Assembly: GCA_023412275.1 (NCBI GenBank)
Contig: JAEYNY010000115.1
Location: 402 to 64,401, forward strand
Length of the DNA stretch: 64,000 nt
Origin: Bacillota bacterium
GTDB taxonomy: Bacteria; Bacillota; Clostridia; Acetivibrionales; DSM-1351
Reading direction: 5' to 3'
Below, piece after piece: positions 56,572 to 64,000 of this stretch; position 1 is the stretch's first letter, and each line of letters opens with the position of its first letter. Under the pieces are notes generated by a model. That model was not told the DNA's origin and made no database searches. It saw only the letters and a list, made by a program, of their open reading frames with translations. The translations under genes and the position numbers were made by a program.

Positions 56572-57627
56572 ATGAAAAAGATATTAGCATTGGTATTGAG
56601 TGTATGTCTTGTATTATCTGTTTTTGCTGTTCCAATAACGGCTGCATCAACAAAACTGACATCTTCAGAGCTTAACATCATAAAGGCATATCAAAAAACT
56701 CTTGAAACAAAAAATCTACAGTATGTCAACAGTTACAAGTACAGCGGTGTTACATACAAAATGTTGAGCATACCAAGCGGCTCAACTGCAAAGATTCTTA
56801 CACCACAGTATTCAAAGGGCTACGATTCAAAACAGAAGCTTTATACGGCTAACCTGAAAGGCTTACTGGTAATTAGCAGTAAGACTACATTAAGTGTTTC
56901 AAATATCAGCGGTGGCGTTTATCTCAAAACAAAAAACAAGAAGACATACGCCTATAATGCAGTTGCAACAACAACAAAAGCGGTTCAGGTAAAGAACCTT
57001 GCAAGCAGTCAGAAAACTGAAATTAAGAAATATTTAAGCTCCATGTACGGAGAAAAGACCGCAAACAATCTTATTAACCCGCCAACAGCGCTTGGATCAA
57101 TTAATAACCCGGTTTCATTGAACCAAAAATATACTTGGAGTGAGACAAAGGACTTCCTTGACGACAAAATATCAGGTACCTTCTCAATGACTGTTAAGAG
57201 CTTTCAAAAAGTAACTATAGATGAGTTGGAACAAATGGGAATAAAAGCTGAGGATAGAAAAGATCACGAGTTTGCAATAATAGATGTGCTGTGGGAAGTT
57301 CAAAACGCCCAACTTACCCAGGTTAAAGGAGAAGGTTCGGCTTATCTTTGTGTTGGATGGGATGCCGACATATGGGGAATAAAAACCTCTGACAATGCGT
57401 CAATAATAGGGACTATGGATTATGGCTTTGATGGAAGTCTGGATGATGCCATGGATAAAGCTACAGAGTTTAGAAAAGTAACACCAGGTATGACAGAATC
57501 ATTTACGGCAGAAGGCAAAGTTGTTATAGATCTGTATAAGAATAAAACAAATTATCTCGTTATGCAGAATGAACAGATACGAGATAAAGATTACGATGGC
57601 AGCTTTATATATTTTAAATTGCAGTAA
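56572..57627 (+). CDS. secreted hypothetical protein
   Basis: signal peptide MKKILALVLSVCLVLSVFAVPITAA; RBS AGGAGG. Confidence 0.8.
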   Translation: MKKILALVLSVCLVLSVFAVPITAASTKLTSSELNIIKAYQKTLETKNLQYVNSYKYSGVTYKMLSIPSGSTAKILTPQYSKGYDSKQKLYTANLKGLLVISSKTTLSVSNISGGVYLKTKNKKTYAYNAVATTTKAVQVKNLASSQKTEIKKYLSSMYGEKTANNLINPPTALGSINNPVSLNQKYTWSETKDFLDDKISGTFSMTVKSFQKVTIDELEQMGIKAEDRKDHEFAIIDVLWEVQNAQLTQVKGEGSAYLCVGWDADIWGIKTSDNASIIGTMDYGFDGSLDDAMDKATEFRKVTPGMTESFTAEGKVVIDLYKNKTNYLVMQNEQIRDKDYDGSFIYFKLQ

Positions 57628-57649
57628 ATCAGGAAAATAACTTAAGAGT

Positions 57650-57686
57650 AAAAGGAATACTTCACAAAAGAGGTATTCCTTTTTTT
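57650..57686 (+). terminator. intrinsic terminator
   Basis: AAAAGGAATAC...GTATTCCTTTT hairpin with T-tract. Confidence 0.8.
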
Positions 57687-57810
57687 ATACTTAAAAGTTC
57701 TTGATATAACCCCAAACGATTAAAAAACAAAATTCTGGCATACAAATCAATTAAAGTATATAATTCGCACAAATTCAAATATGTTAATTTTAAATTTTAT
57801 AAAAAAGGTA

Positions 57811-57839
57811 TTGACTAAAATTAAATTTGGTTATATCAT
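57811..57839 (+). promoter_or_regulatory. sigma-A-type promoter of metY; possible Rrf2/CymR-type site just downstream (about 57850-57875)
   Basis: TTGACT-17 nt-TATCAT; downstream AAACCTATAAACTTACTAGCATAT is only a loose dyad. Confidence 0.5.
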
Positions 57840-57892
57840 ATTAATATAATAAAACCTATAAACTTACTAGCATATAAAGGGGGATACCATAT

Positions 57893-59173
57893 ATGAGCAG
57901 AAAACTTAGTTTTGACACATTACAGGTTCACGCAGGACAGGAATTAGATCCAACAACAAGGTCAAGGGCAGTGCCTATATACCAGACAACATCATATGTA
58001 TTCAAAGATGCAGATAATGCAGCAAATTTATTTGGCCTGAAGGACTCAGGAAATATTTACACAAGAATTATGAACCCAACAACAGACGTATTTGAAAAAA
58101 GAATTGCAGCACTCGAAGGCGGTACCGGAGCACTTGCAGTAGCATCAGGATCGGCAGCAATAACATATTCAGTACTAAATGTTGCCGGAGCCGGAGACGA
58201 GATAGTAGCTGCCAACACCTTGTATGGAGGAACTTATAACCTTTTTGCGGCAACCTTACCAAGATACGGAGTAAACACAACCTTTGTAGATCCTGATAAC
58301 ATCCAAAACTTTGAAGCCGCTATTACTGACAAAACAAAAGCACTGTACATTGAATCAATTGGTAACCCAAATGCAAACCTAATCGATATCCAAGCTGTAG
58401 CAGACATTGCACATAAGCATGGTATCCCCCTTATAGTTGATAACACCTTTGGCTCACCATATCTGGTAAGACCTATAGATTTCGGAGCAGACGTAGTTGT
58501 ACATTCTGCAACAAAATTTATAGGAGGACACGGAACTTCTATAGGTGGAGTAATCATTGACGGAGGTAAATTTGACTATTCTGTGGGAGATAAATTTCCC
58601 GGGTTTACAACACCTGATGTAAGCTACCACGGGGTTGTATACAGTCAGTTAGGAGGGGTGGCATTTATAACAAAAGCCAGAGTTCAGTTACTTAGAGACA
58701 CAGGCGCAGCTATAAGTCCTTTTAATTCCTTCTTATTTATACAGGGACTGGAGACACTATCACTGAGGGTGGAAAGACATGTAAACAATTCAAAAAAGAT
58801 TGCAGAATATCTCGAAAAGCACCCCTTGGTGGAGAAAGTAAATTACCCAAGCCTGAAAGGAAATAAATACTTTGAACTGGCACAAAAATATTTTCCAAAG
58901 GGCTCAGGCTCAATATTTACTTTTGAAATAAAAGGAGGCCTTGAAGCTGCAAAGAAATTTATAGACAGCTTGGAGATATTCTCATTACTGGCAAATGTCG
59001 CAGATGCTAAATCTCTGGTTATACATCCTGCAAGCACCACCCATTCCCAACTTTCGGAAGATGAACTTTTGAAATCAGGAATAACACCCGGAACAATCAG
59101 ACTTTCCATAGGAATTGAAGATTCGGATGATCTCATTTATGACATAGAACAGGCACTTGAGAAGAGCAGATAA
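57893..59173 (+). CDS. metY: O-acetylhomoserine aminocarboxypropyltransferase
   Basis: [31 protein letters not shown] (PLP Lys), [20 protein letters not shown]. Confidence 0.95.
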   Translation: MSRKLSFDTLQVHAGQELDPTTRSRAVPIYQTTSYVFKDADNAANLFGLKDSGNIYTRIMNPTTDVFEKRIAALEGGTGALAVASGSAAITYSVLNVAGAGDEIVAANTLYGGTYNLFAATLPRYGVNTTFVDPDNIQNFEAAITDKTKALYIESIGNPNANLIDIQAVADIAHKHGIPLIVDNTFGSPYLVRPIDFGADVVVHSATKFIGGHGTSIGGVIIDGGKFDYSVGDKFPGFTTPDVSYHGVVYSQLGGVAFITKARVQLLRDTGAAISPFNSFLFIQGLETLSLRVERHVNNSKKIAEYLEKHPLVEKVNYPSLKGNKYFELAQKYFPKGSGSIFTFEIKGGLEAAKKFIDSLEIFSLLANVADAKSLVIHPASTTHSQLSEDELLKSGITPGTIRLSIGIEDSDDLIYDIEQALEKSR

Positions 59174-59279
59174 AAAACCTATATTGGCTAATAGTTGACT
59201 TTTCCTTATTGAATAATATAATTTATACTATGCACTTTTTTTACAATTTATTTTATTTATTTAAGTGATGGAGGTCAAT

Positions 59280-60200
59280 ATGCCAATCAGAATCCCTGAC
59301 AATCTTCCTGCGGTGGAAACCCTGAATAGTGAGAACATATTTGTCATGTCTGAGGACAGGGCATACCATCAGGATATAAGACCGCTTAAAATTGCAATAT
59401 TAAATATAATGCCGACTAAAATAACCACGGAGACGCAGTTACTCAGACTTCTTGGAAACACACCTCTTCAGGTGGAAATCGTACTACTGCATCCCGCATC
59501 CCATATGTCAAAAAATACTCCTGAGGAACACCTTGAAACTTTTTATAAAACTTTTGACGAGATACAAGGAGAGCATTTCGACGGATTGATTATCACAGGA
59601 GCACCTGTTGAACAAATGCCCTTTGAAGACGTAAATTACTGGGAAGAACTTGAACGTATAATGGATTGGAGTAAGAAAAACGTATACTCTACACTGCACA
59701 TATGCTGGGGTGCACAGGCAGGCCTGTATTATCACTACGGTATACCAAAACGTGATTTGCCTAAGAAGATGTTTGGTGTATTTGAGCACACTAAAATAAA
59801 GGAACATGTAAAACTTCTCAGAGGCTTTGACGATGTGTTTTTTGTACCCCATTCCAGACATACAGAGATTACCCATGAGGATGTAGCGATGATTGACAAA
59901 CTGGAAATACTGGCTGAATCCAAGGAAGCGGGAGTATATCTGGTAGCATCAAAAGACGGACGTCACATTTTTGCTACAGGACATTCGGAATATGATCCCT
60001 ACACACTCAAATTGGAGTACGAGAGGGATGTAGAAAGGGGTATGGATATAGAGGTTCCCAAGAACTACTTCCCCGGGGATGATCCGACAAAGGAGCCTAT
60101 TGTAAGATGGCGAGGTCATGGAAACCTTTTGTTTTTAAATTGGCTCAACTATTATGTATATCAGGAAACACCTTACGATTTAACTAGCATAGGAAAGTAA
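59280..60200 (+). CDS. metA: homoserine O-acyltransferase (MetA family, likely acetyl-specific)
   Basis: [27 protein letters not shown] (Glu specificity residue), ICWGAQA, PHSRH, GHSEYD. Confidence 0.95.
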   Translation: MPIRIPDNLPAVETLNSENIFVMSEDRAYHQDIRPLKIAILNIMPTKITTETQLLRLLGNTPLQVEIVLLHPASHMSKNTPEEHLETFYKTFDEIQGEHFDGLIITGAPVEQMPFEDVNYWEELERIMDWSKKNVYSTLHICWGAQAGLYYHYGIPKRDLPKKMFGVFEHTKIKEHVKLLRGFDDVFFVPHSRHTEITHEDVAMIDKLEILAESKEAGVYLVASKDGRHIFATGHSEYDPYTLKLEYERDVERGMDIEVPKNYFPGDDPTKEPIVRWRGHGNLLFLNWLNYYVYQETPYDLTSIGK

Positions 60201-60215
60201 TAAAATGAATTAAAT

Positions 60216-60339
60216 GCCTTGAGCACCTGAAAGGTGATAAATCATAACCTTTTTGACGGGCATAGCATGTTACGACTCGATAACTGTGCCAGGGGGAGGG
60301 CCGGTACAGGACTGGTGGTAGTCACTTGGTGCTCAAGGC
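60216..60339 (+). other. 124-nt multi-stem structured element (candidate ncRNA or miniature repeat)
   Basis: perfect 12-bp closing stem GCCTTGAGCACC/GGTGCTCAAGGC plus internal stems AAAGGT/ACCTTT, GGCATAG/CTGTGCC, CCGGT/ACTGG; GC-richer than flanks. Confidence 0.5.
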
Positions 60340-60392
60340 TGAATAGACATTTGCCTATCTACTTTACATAATATTATTTTTCACATAAAATG

Positions 60393-61172
60393 TTACTGTT
60401 TTAAATTGCAATTTCCTCTTATTTTTTGAATACTTCTTAAAACGGCATCCTTTGAGTTTCCCCAAGGTGCGTCGTTATACCTGTAGTCAAATTTCTTTGT
60501 GAACCAATCGACTTCCTTTTCTACTCTGTCCAGGTTGGAGATTTGCATTTCCATGAGTTTTTTAGTAAATATTGCTGTCTCACTGGTATTAAGATATCTT
60601 TTGGTTGATACAAGCAACTGTTTAAGGTGTTTCAGGCAAAACCCTTTTTTAGAATCAAAAACTTCCCTGAAATCAGGCTCTCTGAAATACAAATAAAAAA
60701 TAACATCAATATATCTGTCCATTGTGTGCTCAAGCTTACTGCATATTGAACAGCTGTGTTCAATTTTATCAAGCTCACCTACAAGCTCCTGCACCAACTT
60801 ATCTGTTTCAGTCTGCTTGGATGAAATTTTATTTGAAATATTCTTCATAAGCCCGGCATTAGCATCCTTCTCCAACGAGCCAACACGTGCTTCAAATATG
60901 TTCTGAAACTTTTTATTTTTTTCCTGCATAAAAGTATCAATCATGAGGGCAAGACCAAGACGGTTAGCCTGACTATTGAACATAGCCTCAAAATGGTCTT
61001 TGCAAAACCCTTTTTCATTTGTCTCCTGTCTCATGTCGGGTTCCATCAGGGATGGCCCCAGAGCATACTCTATACACTCATTCTCCAACTTCTTTTCCAG
61101 AACGCAAAGGGGACATTCGCAGTCCTCAGCAAAAGCATCTGACACAGGTATTGTATATATTTTTTCCTTCAT
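60393..61172 (-). CDS. DUF6062-family protein
   Basis: IYTIPVSDAF..CECPLC, GFCKDH, CSIC, GFCLKH, WFTKKFDYR. Confidence 0.75.
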   Translation of the reverse strand: MKEKIYTIPVSDAFAEDCECPLCVLEKKLENECIEYALGPSLMEPDMRQETNEKGFCKDHFEAMFNSQANRLGLALMIDTFMQEKNKKFQNIFEARVGSLEKDANAGLMKNISNKISSKQTETDKLVQELVGELDKIEHSCSICSKLEHTMDRYIDVIFYLYFREPDFREVFDSKKGFCLKHLKQLLVSTKRYLNTSETAIFTKKLMEMQISNLDRVEKEVDWFTKKFDYRYNDAPWGNSKDAVLRSIQKIRGNCNLKQ

Positions 61173-61357
61173 TGTAACCTCCGCTATAATATCAAGAGTG
61201 AATTACATCATATTTTCAAATTATATCATATTACTCCCACACATAACCATTGATATTACCCCCTGTAATTAATATTCTTAATATATTGTCCATATGGACA
61301 TAACATATTGTTTTTGTTGGCTACACGGCGGGTACTATTGTAAGGGGAGGAATAAAA

Positions 61358-62245
61358 ATGGAATATAAAGGCTTTACCTTGGAAACCAAAGATGGAAACC
61401 TATACGTAAAAAATATTAAAGATTTCAATTTAACACACATATTCGATTGCGGTCAGTGTTTCAGATGGATTAGACAGGAGGACGGAAGCTATAGGGGAAT
61501 AGCGGGAGGCCGACTGGTAAATGTAAGCTATGATAACGAGATTCTATGTATAACCGACTCCGGAGAGCAGGATTTTATAGACATTTGGTATGAGTATTTT
61601 GACCTTGGTACTGATTACTCAAAAATCAAGGCTATCCTTGAACAAGATGAAATAATGAAAGAAGCAATAAAAACAGGCTGGGGCATACGTCTTCTCAAAC
61701 AGGATTTCTGGGAGATACTAATCTCATTTATAATATCTGCCAATAACATGATACCTAGAATAATGAAAACAGTAGACACTCTTTCTGTTTTAAGAGGCAA
61801 GTGTATTGACCCACAGCTAAATGCATACAGTTTTCCTGATATAGAAACACTTGCAAATACGTCGTTAGAGGATATACAGCAGTGTAAGGCAGGATTCAGA
61901 TGCAAATATATTCACAAGACATCTGCCTTGATGGCACAGGGTATTTTAACAGAGGAAAATCTGAGGGGCATGGACACAGCTATGGCACGTAAGGAGCTTA
62001 TGAAGCTTCCCGGTGTAGGGCCCAAGGTTGCCGATTGTATATTGCTTTTTAGCGGATTGAAGTTTGATGTTTTTCCGATTGACGTATGGGTGAAACGTGT
62101 CATGGAGGAACTGTATCTCAAAAAGGAATCAGGGCTAAAAGAAATACAGCAATTTGCCTCAAAGCAGTACGGAGACCTTACCGGGTACGCCCAACAGTAT
62201 TTATTTTATCATGCAAGGTTAAATAAAATAGGTATGTCGAAATGA
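61358..62245 (+). CDS. ogg: 8-oxoguanine DNA glycosylase (HhH-GPD)
   Basis: FDCGQCFRW, GIRLLKQDFWE, FIISANN, LPGVGPKVADC, FPIDVW, GYAQQYLF. Confidence 0.9.
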   Translation: MEYKGFTLETKDGNLYVKNIKDFNLTHIFDCGQCFRWIRQEDGSYRGIAGGRLVNVSYDNEILCITDSGEQDFIDIWYEYFDLGTDYSKIKAILEQDEIMKEAIKTGWGIRLLKQDFWEILISFIISANNMIPRIMKTVDTLSVLRGKCIDPQLNAYSFPDIETLANTSLEDIQQCKAGFRCKYIHKTSALMAQGILTEENLRGMDTAMARKELMKLPGVGPKVADCILLFSGLKFDVFPIDVWVKRVMEELYLKKESGLKEIQQFASKQYGDLTGYAQQYLFYHARLNKIGMSK

Positions 62246-62331
62246 TAACATTTGCGGAACTTTTTAAAAGCCATTTCAATATTATGTAATGTAGAGCAAC
62301 TAAGCGTGGGTATAGGATATTATGAATTGGA

Positions 62332-62598
62332 GTGGATTTTATGAAGTGTATTGCAATATTAGAATCAGGGAATTATGTTTACAAGTTGAATTCTGAGCTT
62401 GAAAAAAAAGGATACGATTTTGAAGTTATGTCTACTCCTTGCAGTATTGCTAAAGGGGGATGTGGACTTTGCCTAAAATTTCCAGAAGAATTTTTGGGCG
62501 TAATAAAGGCAGAAGCCGCTCGTATCAACACTCCCGTAAAGGAAGTATACAGAGTTGTTTCGGGGTTTTCGAAGAATAAGTATGAAAGATTATATTAG
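62332..62598 (+). CDS. DUF3343-like small protein
   Basis: STPCSIAKGGCGLCLKF motif; start could be ATG 62341. Confidence 0.65.
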   Translation: MDFMKCIAILESGNYVYKLNSELEKKGYDFEVMSTPCSIAKGGCGLCLKFPEEFLGVIKAEAARINTPVKEVYRVVSGFSKNKYERLY

Positions 62599-62654
62599 AC
62601 AAATTATAAGGGAGAAAACAGTCGCTATTAAAGGATATATTATTTAGATTCTGT

Positions 62655-62683
62655 TTTACATGGATAAGAACCGATGTTATAAT
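62655..62683 (+). promoter_or_regulatory. sigma-A promoter (extended -10) of 6S RNA
   Basis: TTTACA-17 nt-TATAAT with TG two bases upstream of the -10. Confidence 0.75.
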
Positions 62684-62738
62684 AAATCCATCGAAAGCAG
62701 TCACATATAGGACTGGTGAACTTTCAAAAATGAATAAC

Positions 62739-62953
62739 AGTTATCCTGAAATGAGCGAATTAAACCTTTATTTTGAACCTACATCTTTCATAAGGGAGTC
62801 TGCTGTCTGGTATACGATGTCAGGCCTTATGTAATTCCGACACACGGCGTGAACGTTGTGCAACGGCGAAGGAAGGCTGAAGATACCACCGGGACACCCA
62901 CCTAGCTTAGGGCTAGGTGTCAAAATACTGGGGACGCCATTTTGGGACTAACT
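62739..62953 (+). ncRNA. ssrS: 6S RNA
   Basis: closing stem AGTTATCCTGAAATGAGCG / CGCCATTTTGGGACTAACT; Firmicute 6S-like segments TTGAACC..AAGGGAG and CACCCACCT..GGTGTCAAAA; own promoter and terminator; about 215 nt. Confidence 0.8.
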
Positions 62954-62963
62954 CAAAGTGACG

Positions 62964-62986
62964 AGGGGCATTACGATGCCCCTTTT
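62964..62986 (+). terminator. intrinsic terminator after 6S RNA
   Basis: AGGGGCAT-tacg-ATGCCCCT followed by TTT. Confidence 0.8.
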
Positions 62987-63998
62987 ACTTATTCTTTTTT
63001 CTTTTTAATTTCCATACTCCTTTGAAATTTTTAAGCAACCTTACTTTTTTCTTTACTCTGTCTGCAAATAGGCGTTTCAATTCTTCTCTTGATTTTGGGA
63101 GAGTGGTAAATGATTGGGTATAAGGATTATTAGTACGCTTTATATTATTTTGAGGAGCTTCTTGGTAAGTGCTTTTATTTGCTTGTAACGATTCAACACC
63201 CGGTTTCCCCGGATTTATGCCTATCAGTATTTTAGATATTTCTTTCATCAGAGAACGTTCCATGTTCTGTTGGTTTGACTCAAGGGCTTTAATATTATTA
63301 AAAATAATATTCTGGGCTTCTTTTAAATCTGCTACCTGTCTTTTCAGTATTTTAAGTTCTGTTGTTATAATAGCTCTCATTTCATCAGTGCTAAGACCGC
63401 TTTCTAAATCCACGGAATCGTGTGTAAACATTAACTTAAAGCCGTTTACAAATGTTGCTGGAATTTCGTTAGCCTGAACGTGCTCGTAAGGGCTATTTGA
63501 CTTGTATCTGACACAAATATGCTGCCTTGAAAGAGAGGCACTTTTGGAGGACTTTGTGAAACTGGCTCCGGAATCATTTGATATAAATGAATAAAAGGCA
63601 TCATCCTTCAGGTAATATATCACCAGACTGCTCTTTACGGATAGTATTGAAAAATTGGAAATAGGGGTACCCGAAGATGCCAGTATACTTTCAGATGTCC
63701 ACATGTTTCTGTCAGGTATTTTTTGTTGATATACTAACTGGAACTGTTTATCCTGTTTTCTTACATAGCAGATATGGAAGATACCATTTCTGTCAACGAC
63801 TATTCTGGGATTCTGACTGTTTGAGGAAAACATTGTAATTTGTGAATACTCGCTCCAGGTTTTATTAACTGTAGAATACTTCTTGTAACCTATTTGGTTA
63901 TTCTTTCCGTCGGATATATGGTAAAAGACATATATGTCGTCATTCATGTCATAAACAACAGTGTAAGGGTTTGGAAGTACGGTTATATTATCCACTTT
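62985..63998 (-). CDS. hypothetical protein, 3' part (beta-propeller/BNR-like repeats, coiled coil, basic tail); start lies beyond the window
   Basis: frame open to the window edge; SNDSGASF Asp-box-like motif; heptad-like 'LKILKRQVADLKEAQ'. Confidence 0.65.
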   Translation of the reverse strand, partial: KVDNITVLPNPYTVVYDMNDDIYVFYHISDGKNNQIGYKKYSTVNKTWSEYSQITMFSSNSQNPRIVVDRNGIFHICYVRKQDKQFQLVYQQKIPDRNMWTSESILASSGTPISNFSILSVKSSLVIYYLKDDAFYSFISNDSGASFTKSSKSASLSRQHICVRYKSNSPYEHVQANEIPATFVNGFKLMFTHDSVDLESGLSTDEMRAIITTELKILKRQVADLKEAQNIIFNNIKALESNQQNMERSLMKEISKILIGINPGKPGVESLQANKSTYQEAPQNNIKRTNNPYTQSFTTLPKSREELKRLFADRVKKKVRLLKNFKGVWKLKRKKNK

Positions 63999-64000
63999 TT

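Noticed and set aside
57690..57892. SAM-I riboswitch or T-box before metY
   Set aside because: The promoter lies only about 50 nt before the start and no conserved riboswitch core is present
57893..60200. metY-metA as a SAM/sulfur supply arm of the biosynthetic cluster
   Set aside because: Ordinary housekeeping pair with its own promoter, about 20 kb from the rSAM operon and separated by terminators
1..64000. CRISPR arrays, tRNA/rRNA genes, IS elements; numerous short overlapping ORFs in the track
   Set aside because: No regularly spaced repeats, cloverleafs or transposase motifs seen; the short ORFs overlap well-supported genes and lack motifs

Overview
AT-rich Firmicute DNA; gene content suggests a cellulolytic clostridium such as Ruminiclostridium (inference). 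Left end (1-12.4 kb): frameshifted ytxC, a P-loop/Asp23-like gene, and a potassium locus with a stand-alone KdpD-N/Usp sensor, KimA-like permease, kdpABC, an unannotated 45-aa membrane peptide, and a divergent histidine kinase plus REC-TPR regulator. The main feature (12.7-37.2 kb) is one co-oriented, tightly packed operon: type II thioesterase; an NRPS whose adenylation domain is interrupted twice (by a circularly permuted B12-dependent radical SAM unit and by an AANH/PP-loop-like domain); a TRAM-less MiaB/RimO-type methylthiotransferase; a second NRPS (BtrH-like-rSAM-B12-PCP-C-A[Cys]-PCP); a cupin; a catalytically degenerate KS-AT; a cysteine-desulfurase-like enzyme; and a complete hdrCBA-flxDCBA electron-bifurcating module. 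This looks like an undescribed anaerobic sulfur- and methyl-tailoring assembly line with its own redox machinery. After an AdhR/Fe-ADH pair come a separate 3964-aa hybrid NRPS-PKS, a GerA-type germination operon, an MFS transporter, a secreted protein, metY-metA, an unexplained 124-nt structured element, DUF6062, ogg, DUF3343, 6S RNA and a truncated hypothetical gene. No CRISPR array, tRNA, rRNA or transposase was seen. All calls are from motif recognition by eye, without database searches.
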